The notes: generated by a model not told the origin, from the sequence alone. 64,000 nucleotides of DNA from an uncultured delta proteobacterium (GCA_963806225.1 CAWDXG010000001.1:1344001-1408000); one strand, 5' to 3'. Numbered from the stretch's first letter, positions 1-9,778 are shown. Translations and numbers: made by a program.

Positions 1-1035
1 GTCCGCCTTCGACAGCACGAAGTCCGCGTAGAACGTCGGCAGCTCGGCCGCGAGGCGCTCGCTCCGCGTGTGTGCCTTGAACGGCGGCAGCGCCGGCAGC
101 ATCAACCCGTCGAGCACGTCGATGCGGCGCCCGCCGTACAGCCGCGACAGCATGGCGCGCGCCTCGCGCACGCGCGCGTCGTGCAGCACGCCGACTGCCG
201 CGAGGTGCGTGAGCCCGACCAGCGCGGCGTCCCGCCCGCGGTCCTTGCGCGGCTCGAGCGCCTGGTCCAGCGAGCCGTAGTAGAGGTCCGCGAACTCCTT
301 GTCTTTCGCCAGCTCGTCGGGCAGCGGCACCTTGCGCACCACTTCCACGAAGCGCATGTCCGCCATACCGGCTTCGACCGCGACCACTCCCTCGCCGTAG
401 CCGTGGAGCTTGGCGCCGCCGGCGGCGATGTCGTGGATGGCGCGGGCCTGCCCGGCGATCCACGGCGCGAGCTTCGACTTGAAGAAGTCGCGGAAGCGCT
501 CCTTCTTGAACGGCGGCTCGAGGCGCGGCGGCTCGTGGACGAGGCGCGAGAGGCGCGCTCCGAGTCCGATACCGACCAGCGCGTCCTCGACCCGCGCATC
601 GAGCTTCTGTGCGCGCGCGGCGAGCACGGGCTCCACGAGTGCGTCGCCGCATTCGGCGGGTGCGAGCTCCGCGCGCAGTGCGCGCACCACGCCGGCGGGA
701 AAGGCGGAGCACTTCTCGAGCGCGGCCAGCTTCGTGTCGCGCCCGGCCTGGTCCGCAGTGCCGAGCGCAGTGTCGAGCGCGTCGAGCGCGGCGTCCCCGT
801 CGGCCGCGCACGCCGGCGTGGCGCGCTGGCTGAACGCGGTGCAGCTCGCCGGAGCCGGGGGCAGCGCTTTCGGCGCCTCGGGCAGGCCGGCTGCCTTGGC
901 GGGTGCCGGCGTGCCGGTCGACGGGGCCGGTCGAGCCGGAGCGGGCGCGGCAGGCGGCATAGCGGGGGCAGGGGTCGCCGCGCCACCGCAGCCGACAACG
1001 AGCCACGCACCCAGCAGTACGAGAGCTTTTCGCAT
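1..1035 (-). CDS. Hypothetical lipoprotein, partial (runs off the left edge)
   Basis: Translated by hand because it is absent from the ORF track: ATG at 1035, MRKALVLLGAWLVVGC (lipobox), Pro/Ala linker, open to position 1. Confidence 0.75.
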   Translation of the reverse strand, partial: MRKALVLLGAWLVVGCGGAATPAPAMPPAAPAPARPAPSTGTPAPAKAAGLPEAPKALPPAPASCTAFSQRATPACAADGDAALDALDTALGTADQAGRDTKLAALEKCSAFPAGVVRALRAELAPAECGDALVEPVLAARAQKLDARVEDALVGIGLGARLSRLVHEPPRLEPPFKKERFRDFFKSKLAPWIAGQARAIHDIAAGGAKLHGYGEGVVAVEAGMADMRFVEVVRKVPLPDELAKDKEFADLYYGSLDQALEPRKDRGRDAALVGLTHLAAVGVLHDARVREARAMLSRLYGGRRIDVLDGLMLPALPPFKAHTRSERLAAELPTFYADFVLSKAD

Positions 1036-1069
1036 GGGCACGTTTGTAGCGTGCCCCGGCGCGTAGCGT

Positions 1070-1942
1070 CTATCCCGCCATCTCCGCGCGCTCCGGGGCG
1101 GCGAGCCCGCCGAGCTCGTCGAAGAGCGCCGCCGAGGCCTGCGCCCGCGCTGCCCACCAGTAGGACAGCGGCGCGCTCCGCCGGCTGTGGGCGAGCTGCG
1201 CGGCGCGCGCCAGGGCGGCGAGCCCGCGCAGCGCGCCGGCTGCATCCTGCGAGAGCAGCGCCTTGAGCACGAACCGCCGCTCGCCGGCGCGCGCGCCGAG
1301 TCCGAGGCGGCGAGCGAGGTCGACGAGATCGTCGCGCACCACGATCCTGCCGCTCGACAGCGGCGCGAGAGCGAAGGCGAGCAGCCCGTCGAGATCGAGG
1401 TCCCGCGCGGCCGGCAGCGCAGGCGCTTCCCGGAGGTGGAGCGGGAGCTGCGCGGGCTCGCCCAGCTCGCGCGTCTCGTCTTCCACCAGCTCGGCCAGAA
1501 GCCCACCCCAGCGCTGGTAGAAGGGCGGAGCCTCCGCGCGCACGCGCTCGAGCCACATCGGCAGCCAGGCGATCAGGTGCTCGTGGAAGTGGGCGGCCCG
1601 CGCGTGGCGGAAGCGTGCGCGCGCCGCGGGCAGGGCCGCCATCTCCTCCCCCTCGACTAGCGAGGCGTGTATCGAGAGCATCGTCGCGAGGTGGTCCGGC
1701 TCGGCGGGCGGCGTGAGCCCGAGCGCGCGCCAGAAGCCGGCAATGCGATCGCGCGCATCCCCGCCCATCATGCCCTCGGCGCCGAGGTACACCGAAGCGT
1801 ACGGATAGAACCGGAACAGGAAGCACTCGCTGTACTCCCACGTCTCGGCGGGCTCGCCGAGGTCCAGCATGCGCGCCACGCGCGAGTGACCTTCCGCGGG
1901 AGGCTCCGACAACAGAGCCAGTGAACGCCAGAGCTCGTTCAC
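1070..1942 (-). CDS. TorD/DmsD-family molybdoenzyme maturation chaperone
   Basis: PYASVY and EPDHL motifs, HLIAW. GTG start overlaps the TGA of the upstream Mo enzyme (GTGA). Confidence 0.85.
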   Translation of the reverse strand: MNELWRSLALLSEPPAEGHSRVARMLDLGEPAETWEYSECFLFRFYPYASVYLGAEGMMGGDARDRIAGFWRALGLTPPAEPDHLATMLSIHASLVEGEEMAALPAARARFRHARAAHFHEHLIAWLPMWLERVRAEAPPFYQRWGGLLAELVEDETRELGEPAQLPLHLREAPALPAARDLDLDGLLAFALAPLSSGRIVVRDDLVDLARRLGLGARAGERRFVLKALLSQDAAGALRGLAALARAAQLAHSRRSAPLSYWWAARAQASAALFDELGGLAAPERAEMAG

Positions 1943-4851
1943 GACTTCTTCTCCGGCAGCTTGAAGATGTCGCGGCCGGGTTTCAGCGGTCGGAGCAGCC
2001 AATAGGGCCGCCGCGTGCCGTCGGGCGAGACCTGGCTGGCGGGGCGCGTATCGGAGAGCCAGCGCTGGTAGGCCTGCTTCGACTTGTCGGTGTCGACCGA
2101 GATGTCGCCATAGCTGTCACCGGGCTCGGCGCGCTTCACGCGCACGGCCTGGTGCCAGCAGTGCATGCCGGAGATCGGGTCGGGATGGACCGGGAAGGTG
2201 AGGTTCTGGTGCACGCCCGCGTCGGTCCACCAGATGCGTGAAGTGTCGGCGTCGGAGCTCCGAGAAGCCTCGACGCCGCGCTTGCGCTTCATCGTCCAGC
2301 GGCTCTTGTCGTGTCCGAGCCCCACCGTGGTCATCATCTGGCGCTGCCCTTCCTGCCCGGAGAGCTTCCAGCGCCCCATGTGGTGGCTACACGCGACCAC
2401 GCCGGGGCGGATGCCCTCGGTGACCCAGGCCTTGACCACGAAGTGCCCGATCTCGGTCTCGACCCGCACCAGATCGCCGGTCTGGATACCGCCCAGGCGC
2501 TTCGCGTCGGAGGGATGCAGCCACAGCGGGTTGGTGTGCGCGATCTCGTCCAGCCACTTGGCGTTGGCGCTGCGCGTGTGGATCTGCACCGGCAGCCGGA
2601 AGGTCGGGATCAGGACCATCTGATCCTTGTCCAGCGCGCTGGGGTGCACGTGGCTCTTGATGTACGTGGGCAGCGCGTACTCGGGCCAGCCCCAGTCCTT
2701 GAGCGTCTTCGAGAAGAACTCGAGCCGGCCACTCGGCGTCGGGAAGCCGCGGTGCAGCTTGCCGTCGATCTGCACGCCGACCGGGCGGCGCCCCTCGGCG
2801 TCGGGGTCCGGGGCGGGCTGCGGCGCGATGTTGGGTCCGGCGGGCTTGTCGGCGCGCGTGTAGACCCGGCCGATGGGGCTCACCGCGACGTCGTCGAGCT
2901 CGCTGTCGGGGACCGGCTGCTCGTAGACTGCGCCGATGCCTTTTTTTACCTCGAAGGCGCCGTAGCGCCGCATGTATTCGAGCGGCGTAATGCCCTCGGC
3001 CGCGGCTCGCTCGGGCAGACCGGGTACGGAGTTGTCGAAGATCCAGCCGTAGTACTCGTCGACACCGAGCTTTTTGCCGGGGCGCTCTTTCGACTCGAAG
3101 TACTGGCGGATGCCGAGCTCACCGTCAGGGTCGATGCGCCAGCTCATCTCGATCCAGAACTCGTTCTCTTCCCACACCTCGCCCGGGTTCACGTCGCGCG
3201 TGTCCTTGACTTCCTCGCCGAGGCGCGTGCGCGCCGCGCGCAGCACCGGCTGGCGGAAGCCGAGCCACTGCGCGTCGTGGGTCTCGTAGGAGTGGATGTC
3301 GTGCCGCTCGCTGCCCACGCCCATCGGCAGCACGTAGTCGGCGAAGTACGCCGTCTCGTTCCAGGTCGGGGTGAGAGCGACGTGCAGACCAACCAGATCG
3401 GGATCGGTCAGCATCTCCATCCAGCTGAACCCGTCCGGGTTGGTCCACAGGGGATTGTAGACACGGGTGAAGTACACATCGAGCTTGCCGCGCCCCTCCT
3501 TGACCAGATGCGGCAGGAGGAACGACATCTCGTTCATCGCCAGCGGGTACTCCTCCGGCCAGCTCAGGTGGTTCCAGACGTGCGGGTGCGGCGGCGTGTA
3601 CATCGGGCGTGCCACGAACTTGTTCCAGGCGTTCGGATACGTGCCGCCCGGCACGGCGACGGCGCCCATCAGCGCGTTCAGGAACAGGAGCGTGCGGCTG
3701 ACCTGCCAGCCGCCGAGGTTGCCCGCCGCGGCGCTGCGCCAGTTGTGCGTGGCGAGCTGGGTGCCCGCCGTCGCGACGACCTTCGCGATCTCCTCCAGCG
3801 TTGCTGCGTCCACGCCGGACTCGCGCGCCGCGAACTCGAAGCTGTAGTCCTTGTACAGCGTTGCCAGGATCTGCTCGAAGCTCTCGAAGCTCTGCTCGGC
3901 TTCCGGGTGCTCCTCGGCGAGATACTCCTGCCAGTTCCACCAGCGGCGCACGTAGTCGCGGTTGTAGAGCCGCTCCTCTATCAAGTAGTTCGCGATGGCG
4001 AGCAGGATGGCCGCCTCGCTGCCGGGCTGCGGTGCGATCCAGTAGTCGGCGTGGGTTGCGGTGTTGCTCAGCCGTACGTCGAAGACGATCACCTTGCCGC
4101 CGCGCTGCTTGCTCTCGATGATGCGCTGGGCGTGCGGGTTGAAGTAGTGCCCGGCTTCGAGATGCGCGCTCACCAGGAGCGACACGCGCGCGTTCTCGTA
4201 GTCGGGGCTTGGCCGGTCGAAGCCGAACCAGTAGTGGTAGCCGGCGCGCCCGCCGGACGAGCAGATGTTGGTGTGGGAGTTGTGCCCGTCGAGACCCCAC
4301 GCGGCGAGCACGCGTTCGGTGTAGCCGTCCTCGCCGGGGCGGCCCACGTGGTACATCACCTCGTTGTGGCGCTTTTCCTCGAGCGCCTTTCGGATGCGCG
4401 CGGCGATGTCGTCGAGTGCCTCGTCCCAGCTCACCCGCTCCCAGCGCCCCTCGCCGCGCTTGCCGGCGCGCTTCATCGGGTAGAGGATCCGGTCCGGGTC
4501 GATGACCTGGTTCACCGTCGCCGGGCCCTTGGCGCAGTTGCGCCCGCGCGAGCCCGGGTGCTCGGGGTTGCCCTCGAATTTTCTGACCTGCAGGCTTTCG
4601 CGATCGACATAGGCGAGAAGGCCGCAGGCGGACTCGCAGTTGAAGCAGGTGGTCGGCACCAGCATGTAGCGGTGCTCGACGCGCTCGGGCCAGGCGCGCG
4701 AGTCGAGCTCGACCCAGTCGTCCCAGCGCTCCTTGGGCGGGAACGCTGCGAGGTGGATGCGGCTGGCGCCCGGGTAGAACGTCTCGCCGCGGCTTTCGGT
4801 CTCGCGACGTGCGGCGGAGACGCGCTCGTTCAGCTTGGACAGGGACGACAT
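1939..4851 (-). CDS. DMSO-reductase-family Mo/W-bisPGD oxidoreductase catalytic subunit (Psr/Phs/Ttr/Soe-like), no Tat signal
   Basis: FS0 motif CFNCESAC...CAKG, putative Cys ligand in HTNICSSG, C-terminal molydop-binding domain (HTRS, LWLHPSDA, VTEGIRPGVV). About 970 aa. Confidence 0.9.
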   Translation of the reverse strand: MSSLSKLNERVSAARRETESRGETFYPGASRIHLAAFPPKERWDDWVELDSRAWPERVEHRYMLVPTTCFNCESACGLLAYVDRESLQVRKFEGNPEHPGSRGRNCAKGPATVNQVIDPDRILYPMKRAGKRGEGRWERVSWDEALDDIAARIRKALEEKRHNEVMYHVGRPGEDGYTERVLAAWGLDGHNSHTNICSSGGRAGYHYWFGFDRPSPDYENARVSLLVSAHLEAGHYFNPHAQRIIESKQRGGKVIVFDVRLSNTATHADYWIAPQPGSEAAILLAIANYLIEERLYNRDYVRRWWNWQEYLAEEHPEAEQSFESFEQILATLYKDYSFEFAARESGVDAATLEEIAKVVATAGTQLATHNWRSAAAGNLGGWQVSRTLLFLNALMGAVAVPGGTYPNAWNKFVARPMYTPPHPHVWNHLSWPEEYPLAMNEMSFLLPHLVKEGRGKLDVYFTRVYNPLWTNPDGFSWMEMLTDPDLVGLHVALTPTWNETAYFADYVLPMGVGSERHDIHSYETHDAQWLGFRQPVLRAARTRLGEEVKDTRDVNPGEVWEENEFWIEMSWRIDPDGELGIRQYFESKERPGKKLGVDEYYGWIFDNSVPGLPERAAAEGITPLEYMRRYGAFEVKKGIGAVYEQPVPDSELDDVAVSPIGRVYTRADKPAGPNIAPQPAPDPDAEGRRPVGVQIDGKLHRGFPTPSGRLEFFSKTLKDWGWPEYALPTYIKSHVHPSALDKDQMVLIPTFRLPVQIHTRSANAKWLDEIAHTNPLWLHPSDAKRLGGIQTGDLVRVETEIGHFVVKAWVTEGIRPGVVACSHHMGRWKLSGQEGQRQMMTTVGLGHDKSRWTMKRKRGVEASRSSDADTSRIWWTDAGVHQNLTFPVHPDPISGMHCWHQAVRVKRAEPGDSYGDISVDTDKSKQAYQRWLSDTRPASQVSPDGTRRPYWLLRPLKPGRDIFKLPEKKS

Positions 4852-4861
4852 CGCGGAATCC

Positions 4862-6397
4862 TCAGGCGAGCGGGACGGACTGTCCGGCTTGGACGTAGGC
4901 GTGCTCGTGGAGCAGCAGGCCGAGCAGGGCGAACGGGGCGGCGGCGACACCGAGCACCGGCGCCGCCACGGCAACCAGCGTCAGAACGAGGCCGGCGCGG
5001 AAGAAGCCGCCGTAGCGACCGCGCGTCATCTCCTCGGCGGCGAGCCGCGCGTGTGCGGTGGGGTGGGCGAGCGTGGTTTCGCCCAGCACCAGCAAGAGGT
5101 GCAGCCCGCTGGCGACGGCGAGTACCCACGACAGCGGTGTCACTAGCGCGGGCGCGAGTGTCAGCGCTGCGGGCAGCAGTGCAGCGGAGCCCGCCATGAA
5201 CGACTGCACCACCAGGTGCGGCGGCAGGAGCGGGCTCTGCCACAGATCACGCGCCTTCGACTGCGCGAAGAGGTACGCCGTGTAGACGGCGGTCAGGACC
5301 GAGAGCGGGATGCCCGCCGCCATCAGCGGCTGCTGCACGCCCTGCCAGCCGAGCAGGCTCGACAGGAAGTGAAGCGCGAGCACAGCGGAGTAGCCGCCGA
5401 TGATGAACGCGCCGCGGACCAGCCAGCTCTTCCACTGCGGTCGCGTGAAGATCATGTAGAAGCGCGAGGGGTGCTCGAGATCGGCGATCAGGATGAGGCC
5501 GGTCAGCGCCAGGAACGCACCGGCCAGGATCGGCGCGACCCAGCGCCAGAGCACGCTGTCTGCCGGCAGCATGTCCGTGAGCACGAGCAGGGCGGGGATC
5601 AGATACGCACCGGCGGCGACGCCCTTGGTCCAGGTGTAGGCGCTCACGCGCCAGTCCCAGGGCGCGCGGTGCGGCACGTCGTAGGCGAGCACGGCGGCGG
5701 CGGAGCTGTTCGCGCCGCCGGGATGGCCGGAGGTGACCTGGTGCGGCACGTTGCCCTGCTCGCTCCACATGAAGATCCCGCCCGGCGGGCGCGCGGCGGC
5801 GATCGGATCGAGCGTGGCCTGGTGCGCTCCCTTGTAGAACAGCTTCGGGTGCGTCTCCTTCTCGGGGCGGCGTACCGTGACTGGCTCGCGTCCCACCATC
5901 TTTGCCACGCGTGACGCGGGGTCGTTCAGGTCGCCGACCATGATCGCTTGCGTTGGACACACCGTGACGCAGGCGGGCTCGAGGCCCACGTCGATACGGT
6001 GGGCGCAGAAGTTACACTTCTCCGCCGAGTGGTCCTCGGGATTGATGAAGATGGCGTCGTACGGACAGGCCGCGATGCACGCCTTGCAGCCGATGCAGAT
6101 CGACTTGTCGAAGTCGACAATTCCGTCCGACCGGATGTGCATCGCGCTGGTCGGGCAGGCCAGAGCACAGGGCGCTTCCTCGCATTGGTTGCAGCGTGTG
6201 ACCTGGAAGGCGCGGCGTGTCTCGGGGAAGGTTCCCACGTCCACGTACTTCACGTACGTGCGGTGCACCGAGAGCGGGACGAGGTTCTCGCTCTTGCAGG
6301 CCGTGCTGCAGGCGTGACAGCCGATGCAGCGCGAGTGATCGATGACTTTGGCCCACTTCACTTTCAGCGCACCGGGCCGCTCTGCGCTCGACTGCAT
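4862..6397 (-). CDS. Fused 4x[4Fe-4S] ferredoxin (NrfC/PsrB-like) and NrfD/PsrC-like membrane anchor
   Basis: CIGCHACSTAC, CNQCEEAPCALACP, CIGCKACIAACP, CNFC...CVTVCP, then multiple TM helices with DLEHPSRF and SWLVRGA. GGGAG RBS before ATG 6397. Confidence 0.9.
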   Translation of the reverse strand: MQSSAERPGALKVKWAKVIDHSRCIGCHACSTACKSENLVPLSVHRTYVKYVDVGTFPETRRAFQVTRCNQCEEAPCALACPTSAMHIRSDGIVDFDKSICIGCKACIAACPYDAIFINPEDHSAEKCNFCAHRIDVGLEPACVTVCPTQAIMVGDLNDPASRVAKMVGREPVTVRRPEKETHPKLFYKGAHQATLDPIAAARPPGGIFMWSEQGNVPHQVTSGHPGGANSSAAAVLAYDVPHRAPWDWRVSAYTWTKGVAAGAYLIPALLVLTDMLPADSVLWRWVAPILAGAFLALTGLILIADLEHPSRFYMIFTRPQWKSWLVRGAFIIGGYSAVLALHFLSSLLGWQGVQQPLMAAGIPLSVLTAVYTAYLFAQSKARDLWQSPLLPPHLVVQSFMAGSAALLPAALTLAPALVTPLSWVLAVASGLHLLLVLGETTLAHPTAHARLAAEEMTRGRYGGFFRAGLVLTLVAVAAPVLGVAAAPFALLGLLLHEHAYVQAGQSVPLA

Positions 6398-6458
6398 TCT
6401 TGTCTCTCCCCGGCTCCCGCCCTCCGGGGCGGAGCGCGCACGGTCGGGAGTCGGTTTT

Positions 6459-6475
6459 TGCAGGAACCACGCCAG
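6459..6475 (-). promoter_or_regulatory. Putative sigma54 (-24/-12) promoter of the Mo-enzyme operon
   Basis: Minus strand CTGGCGTGGTTCCTGCA = GG-N10-GC, about 60 nt upstream of the ferredoxin-NrfD ATG. Confidence 0.6.
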
Positions 6476-6527
6476 CCCCGGCCAGAGCCGATTCCGGCGG
6501 CGTGGCGCGCCCGGAGGCGGATGCGTC

Positions 6528-6552
6528 GCAACATTCGTGCAACAAATGTTGC
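6528..6552. promoter_or_regulatory. Palindromic operator / upstream activator site
   Basis: GCAACATT-N9-AATGTTGC, with a nested GCAACA-AA-TGTTGC. AT-rich, 50-80 bp upstream of the sigma54 site. Confidence 0.55.
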
Positions 6553-6622
6553 TCGACATCGAGCGCGGGCGGCGCGCGAAACCGGTGCGTTCCGGTCAGG
6601 CCGTGGCGAACCTGGTGCGCGC

Positions 6623-7186
6623 TCAGCCGGGTGCCGCAGCGTAACGTCGCACGCTCGGCGCATCGGGGCGCAGCAGATTGTCGAGCTCGTCGACGAACTG
6701 CTGCGTCACGTCCTGCGACGCCGGCACCTCGAGGCTCGCGATGGGATCGGGCAGGCCCAGCACGATGGTGGCCAGGCTGGTGTCGCGGATGCAGGCGATC
6801 ACGTGTGGCGCGTCCGGTGCGAGGATCCGCGAGGAGAGAGCGGGGTAGTGGCCGGTGCCGGCGGCTTCCAGCTTTCCCACGCTGTCGACGACGACCACCT
6901 CGAGCCCCGGTTCGGAAAGCCACGAGGCTGCGGCGTGGAAGCCGCGCTCGTCGAAGCGCCACGAGCACAAGTGCGGCTCGTGGGAGACGCGGGCGAGCGC
7001 GTGGGAGCGACCGTCGAGCAACCGCACTACGTCCCAGCCGATGATGGTGCCGTCGTCGTCACGCACGGCGTCCTGTACGAAGCCGCCAACGCGGAAGCCG
7101 CGATGCGCCAGCGCTTGCCCGATGCGCCACGCATAGCCCGCCTTGTTTGCCCGGATGCCACCGATGATCGCCGACCAGCCCGCCAT
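6623..7186 (-). CDS. DUF2478 / THEP1 NTPase-like protein
   Basis: GFRVGGFVQ and VVVVDSVGKLEAAGTG patterns. GGAGG RBS. Confidence 0.65.
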   Translation of the reverse strand: MAGWSAIIGGIRANKAGYAWRIGQALAHRGFRVGGFVQDAVRDDDGTIIGWDVVRLLDGRSHALARVSHEPHLCSWRFDERGFHAAASWLSEPGLEVVVVDSVGKLEAAGTGHYPALSSRILAPDAPHVIACIRDTSLATIVLGLPDPIASLEVPASQDVTQQFVDELDNLLRPDAPSVRRYAAAPG

Positions 7187-7226
7187 GGATCCACACCTCC
7201 GGCTCGAAGCCTCCAGTCACGGCTGA

Positions 7227-8294
7227 TCATGCAACTCCCGCGCCGTCGTCGCGGGCCGTGCTGGAGAGGGACAGCATCGTAGCGACAAACAGCAGGATCG
7301 ACACGGCTCCGATCAAGCCGCCCCACTGCCTGGCCCAGACGGTTCGCGTGATGTCGCCGGCGACGCGCAGCACAAGCGAGACATGCAGGACGACCACCGG
7401 AACGTACAGACGCGCCCCGAAGCGCAGCCGGCCCTGCAACATCTCCGGAAACACGAACGGCGCTTGGCCGAACACCATCGAGAACACGAAGCCGACGAAC
7501 AGCGCGTGGAGCCTCATGTCGTAGCCCGCTCCCGGCGTGAGCGCGCCGCCGGACACGGCGAGCGCGCCGGCCGCGGCGAGCCAGCCGTAGGCGAGCAGCG
7601 AGCACACTGCCGAGTAGCGCGGCAGGCCGCGTTGCCCGAGTGTGCGTCGCGGCGTGTCGTACGCCAGAAGCCACGCCGACAGCCCGATCAAGGCGACACC
7701 GGCGATGCGTCCGCCGATGTCGCCGGCTAACGGACCGAGCGCCACACCGGCCCCGAGAGCGCTCGCTGCGATCGCAAAGCCGTAGCGCGGCCAGCGCCGC
7801 GGCGGGGACTCCCTGAAGCGACCGCCCGCGATCGTCAGGACGATGAATGCGCTCCACCATCCCACGGCCTCGGGAATCGTCCCGCCGCCCGCCCAGACCG
7901 CGTTTCCAACGAGCCACAGTGCCGCGGCGACCGCGAGAGTGAGCGGCGATCCGGAGCGCTCGCGCCGGAACACGACTGCGCCGGCGAGGGTCAGGACGAT
8001 GCTTGCCAGCAGCATCAGCAGAGCAGCGGAACCCGGTGGGCCCACCAGGGCCGCCAGCGCTCCGAGCCCCGTGAGTGCGGGCGCCACGTAGCCCCACGCC
8101 TGCCCGAGAGCGAGCGCTCGCTCCAGGGCGATGAGCACGCCGAGGAACCCGCACACCATGAGCGGGCCGTGCACGGCGCCGAGACGAGCGGCGTCGCCCG
8201 GCAGCCCCCAACCCATTCTGAGGAGGCCCGCCCAGAGCCCCGAGAGCAGTACTAGCACGGCTGCCGCGAGCAGCGGGAATCGACGCAGGTTCAT
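7227..8294 (-). CDS. NnrS-like polytopic membrane protein
   Basis: HGPLMVCGFLGVLIALER and YDMRLHALFVGFVFSM patterns, many TM helices, directly downstream of ric. Confidence 0.6.
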   Translation of the reverse strand: MNLRRFPLLAAAVLVLLSGLWAGLLRMGWGLPGDAARLGAVHGPLMVCGFLGVLIALERALALGQAWGYVAPALTGLGALAALVGPPGSAALLMLLASIVLTLAGAVVFRRERSGSPLTLAVAAALWLVGNAVWAGGGTIPEAVGWWSAFIVLTIAGGRFRESPPRRWPRYGFAIAASALGAGVALGPLAGDIGGRIAGVALIGLSAWLLAYDTPRRTLGQRGLPRYSAVCSLLAYGWLAAAGALAVSGGALTPGAGYDMRLHALFVGFVFSMVFGQAPFVFPEMLQGRLRFGARLYVPVVVLHVSLVLRVAGDITRTVWARQWGGLIGAVSILLFVATMLSLSSTARDDGAGVA

Positions 8295-8339
8295 GCCGGC
8301 CCTGCAGGATCGTGCTGATCCTGCCTGGAGCGTCAACGT

Positions 8340-9002
8340 CTACTCTCTCAGCGCGCGCGGAAACAGGATGTTGTTCTCGAGGTGGATGTGCTCGTGCAGC
8401 GACTGCTCGAGAGCCTCCAGACCGTTGAAGAGTGCCCGGAAGCTGCCGCAAGCGTCATCGGGGACCTCGAACCCACCGGTCAGCTCGCGGATCGAGGCCA
8501 ACAGCTCACCCACCGTTTCATGCTCCATCTGCATGACCTCGATGGGCTGGGGGATGAAACCCTTGTTGCCGCCGCCGATCGCGGGGAACAGCACCTGCTC
8601 CTCCTTCATCATGTGCGGGCCGAGATCCCGGGCCACTTCCAGGTAGGCCTCGAGCAGGGGCTGGAGCTCCGGATGGCGTTCGCCGTGCACGCGGGCGACC
8701 TTGCGCGCCAGTGCTTCGAGGCGCGGCAGTTCCTCGTCGAGCGGCCGGTGGTAGCTCGCGACGATGTGGTCGATGAGCTCGCCGAGCGGGCGCGAATGCC
8801 ACGCGTCCGGGTCGCCCGGGTTCCGCGTCTCCTCGTCGGCGATCTCGCGGCGCAGCACGGTGGCGTCCAGCCCGTGCTTTTCGCATGCCTGTTCGAGCGA
8901 GATGCCTCCGCCGCAGCAGAAGTCGATACCGTGCCTGTGGAATACCTTGACGGAAGCGGGGCGCTCGGCGGCCAGTTGTCCGACGGTCTGCTCGTGGTTC
9001 AT
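8340..9002 (-). CDS. ric: Iron-sulfur cluster repair di-iron protein (RIC/YtfE/DnrN/ScdA)
   Basis: GIDFCCGG, HMMKEEQVLFP, EHE, HIHLENNILFP. AGGAG RBS. Confidence 0.95.
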   Translation of the reverse strand: MNHEQTVGQLAAERPASVKVFHRHGIDFCCGGGISLEQACEKHGLDATVLRREIADEETRNPGDPDAWHSRPLGELIDHIVASYHRPLDEELPRLEALARKVARVHGERHPELQPLLEAYLEVARDLGPHMMKEEQVLFPAIGGGNKGFIPQPIEVMQMEHETVGELLASIRELTGGFEVPDDACGSFRALFNGLEALEQSLHEHIHLENNILFPRALRE

Positions 9003-9043
9003 GATGATTCTGCTCCTTTTTCGCTCGGGTGGAGAGGTGACGG

Positions 9044-9619
9044 CTAGGCCGCGAGCGCGAACGCCGCGAGCGTTGCCAGGCCCGCCAGGGCGATCCCGAC
9101 GGGCTTGAGTTGGCGGGCGGTGGGCGCGACGAGCGCGATCGCTGCCAGGCCGAATCCGGTGAGGGCCGTCGCCATCGCGGCGTCGTTCCGGGTGGACACG
9201 GCGAAGCCGGTGCTCGCTGCAGCCGCCATGCCGACGGAGAGCGCGGCCAGCCCCCACGCGCGCCGTTCCTGTCGCTTGGCCCGCGCGATGCTGGCGTGGA
9301 CGACCAACGCGTTGGCCACGAAGATCACGGCCCACGCCAGCGTCGTGCTGCCGATCCGCGAGAGCGGCACGCGTCCCACCAGCGCGACCGGCACGCCGGC
9401 CCCGGCGAGGAGGGCGGCGGAAGCGAGCTGTGCCGCGTTGCTGCGTCGTATGCGGCGGCGGATCGTGCCGCCAGCAAGCGCGACAACGATCGCGACCAGC
9501 AGCGCGGTCGGGACCAGCAACAGACTCGCAGTGGGACTCTGCATCACCCCGCAGAGCAGCACGGCCGTGAGCATGACCCAGAAGCCGTGTTCCCGCGGGA
9601 CCAGGCCGTTGGACTTCAA
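9044..9619 (-). CDS. YwiC-like membrane protein
   Basis: N-terminal PREHGFW motif, multiple TM helices. TTG start after GAGGA; start is uncertain. Confidence 0.65.
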   Translation of the reverse strand: MKSNGLVPREHGFWVMLTAVLLCGVMQSPTASLLLVPTALLVAIVVALAGGTIRRRIRRSNAAQLASAALLAGAGVPVALVGRVPLSRIGSTTLAWAVIFVANALVVHASIARAKRQERRAWGLAALSVGMAAAASTGFAVSTRNDAAMATALTGFGLAAIALVAPTARQLKPVGIALAGLATLAAFALAA

Positions 9620-9778
9620 AGCTTCCTCACGGGTTCGGTGGTCGCGCCGCAGCAGGTCATGATGTATTGAGTCCCAAATGATGTGGGCCGGAAGGTCGTT
9701 GTCGGAGTGCAGCAGTGCATGGCAGTTCTCGAATCGCGTCCCCACCGCAATGGTTGTGCCCCCGGGCTCGAAACGGGA

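Noticed and set aside
4790..4851. Tat signal in the Mo enzyme (AARRET)
   Set aside because: The RR is not followed by xFL or a hydrophobic region.
2311..5199. Long antisense or alternate-frame ORFs (e.g. 2311-5199, 44404-46536, 51244-54228, 57497-59716)
   Set aside because: These are shadow ORFs typical of high-GC DNA, overlapping well-supported genes, with Arg/Ala/Pro-rich nonsense composition.
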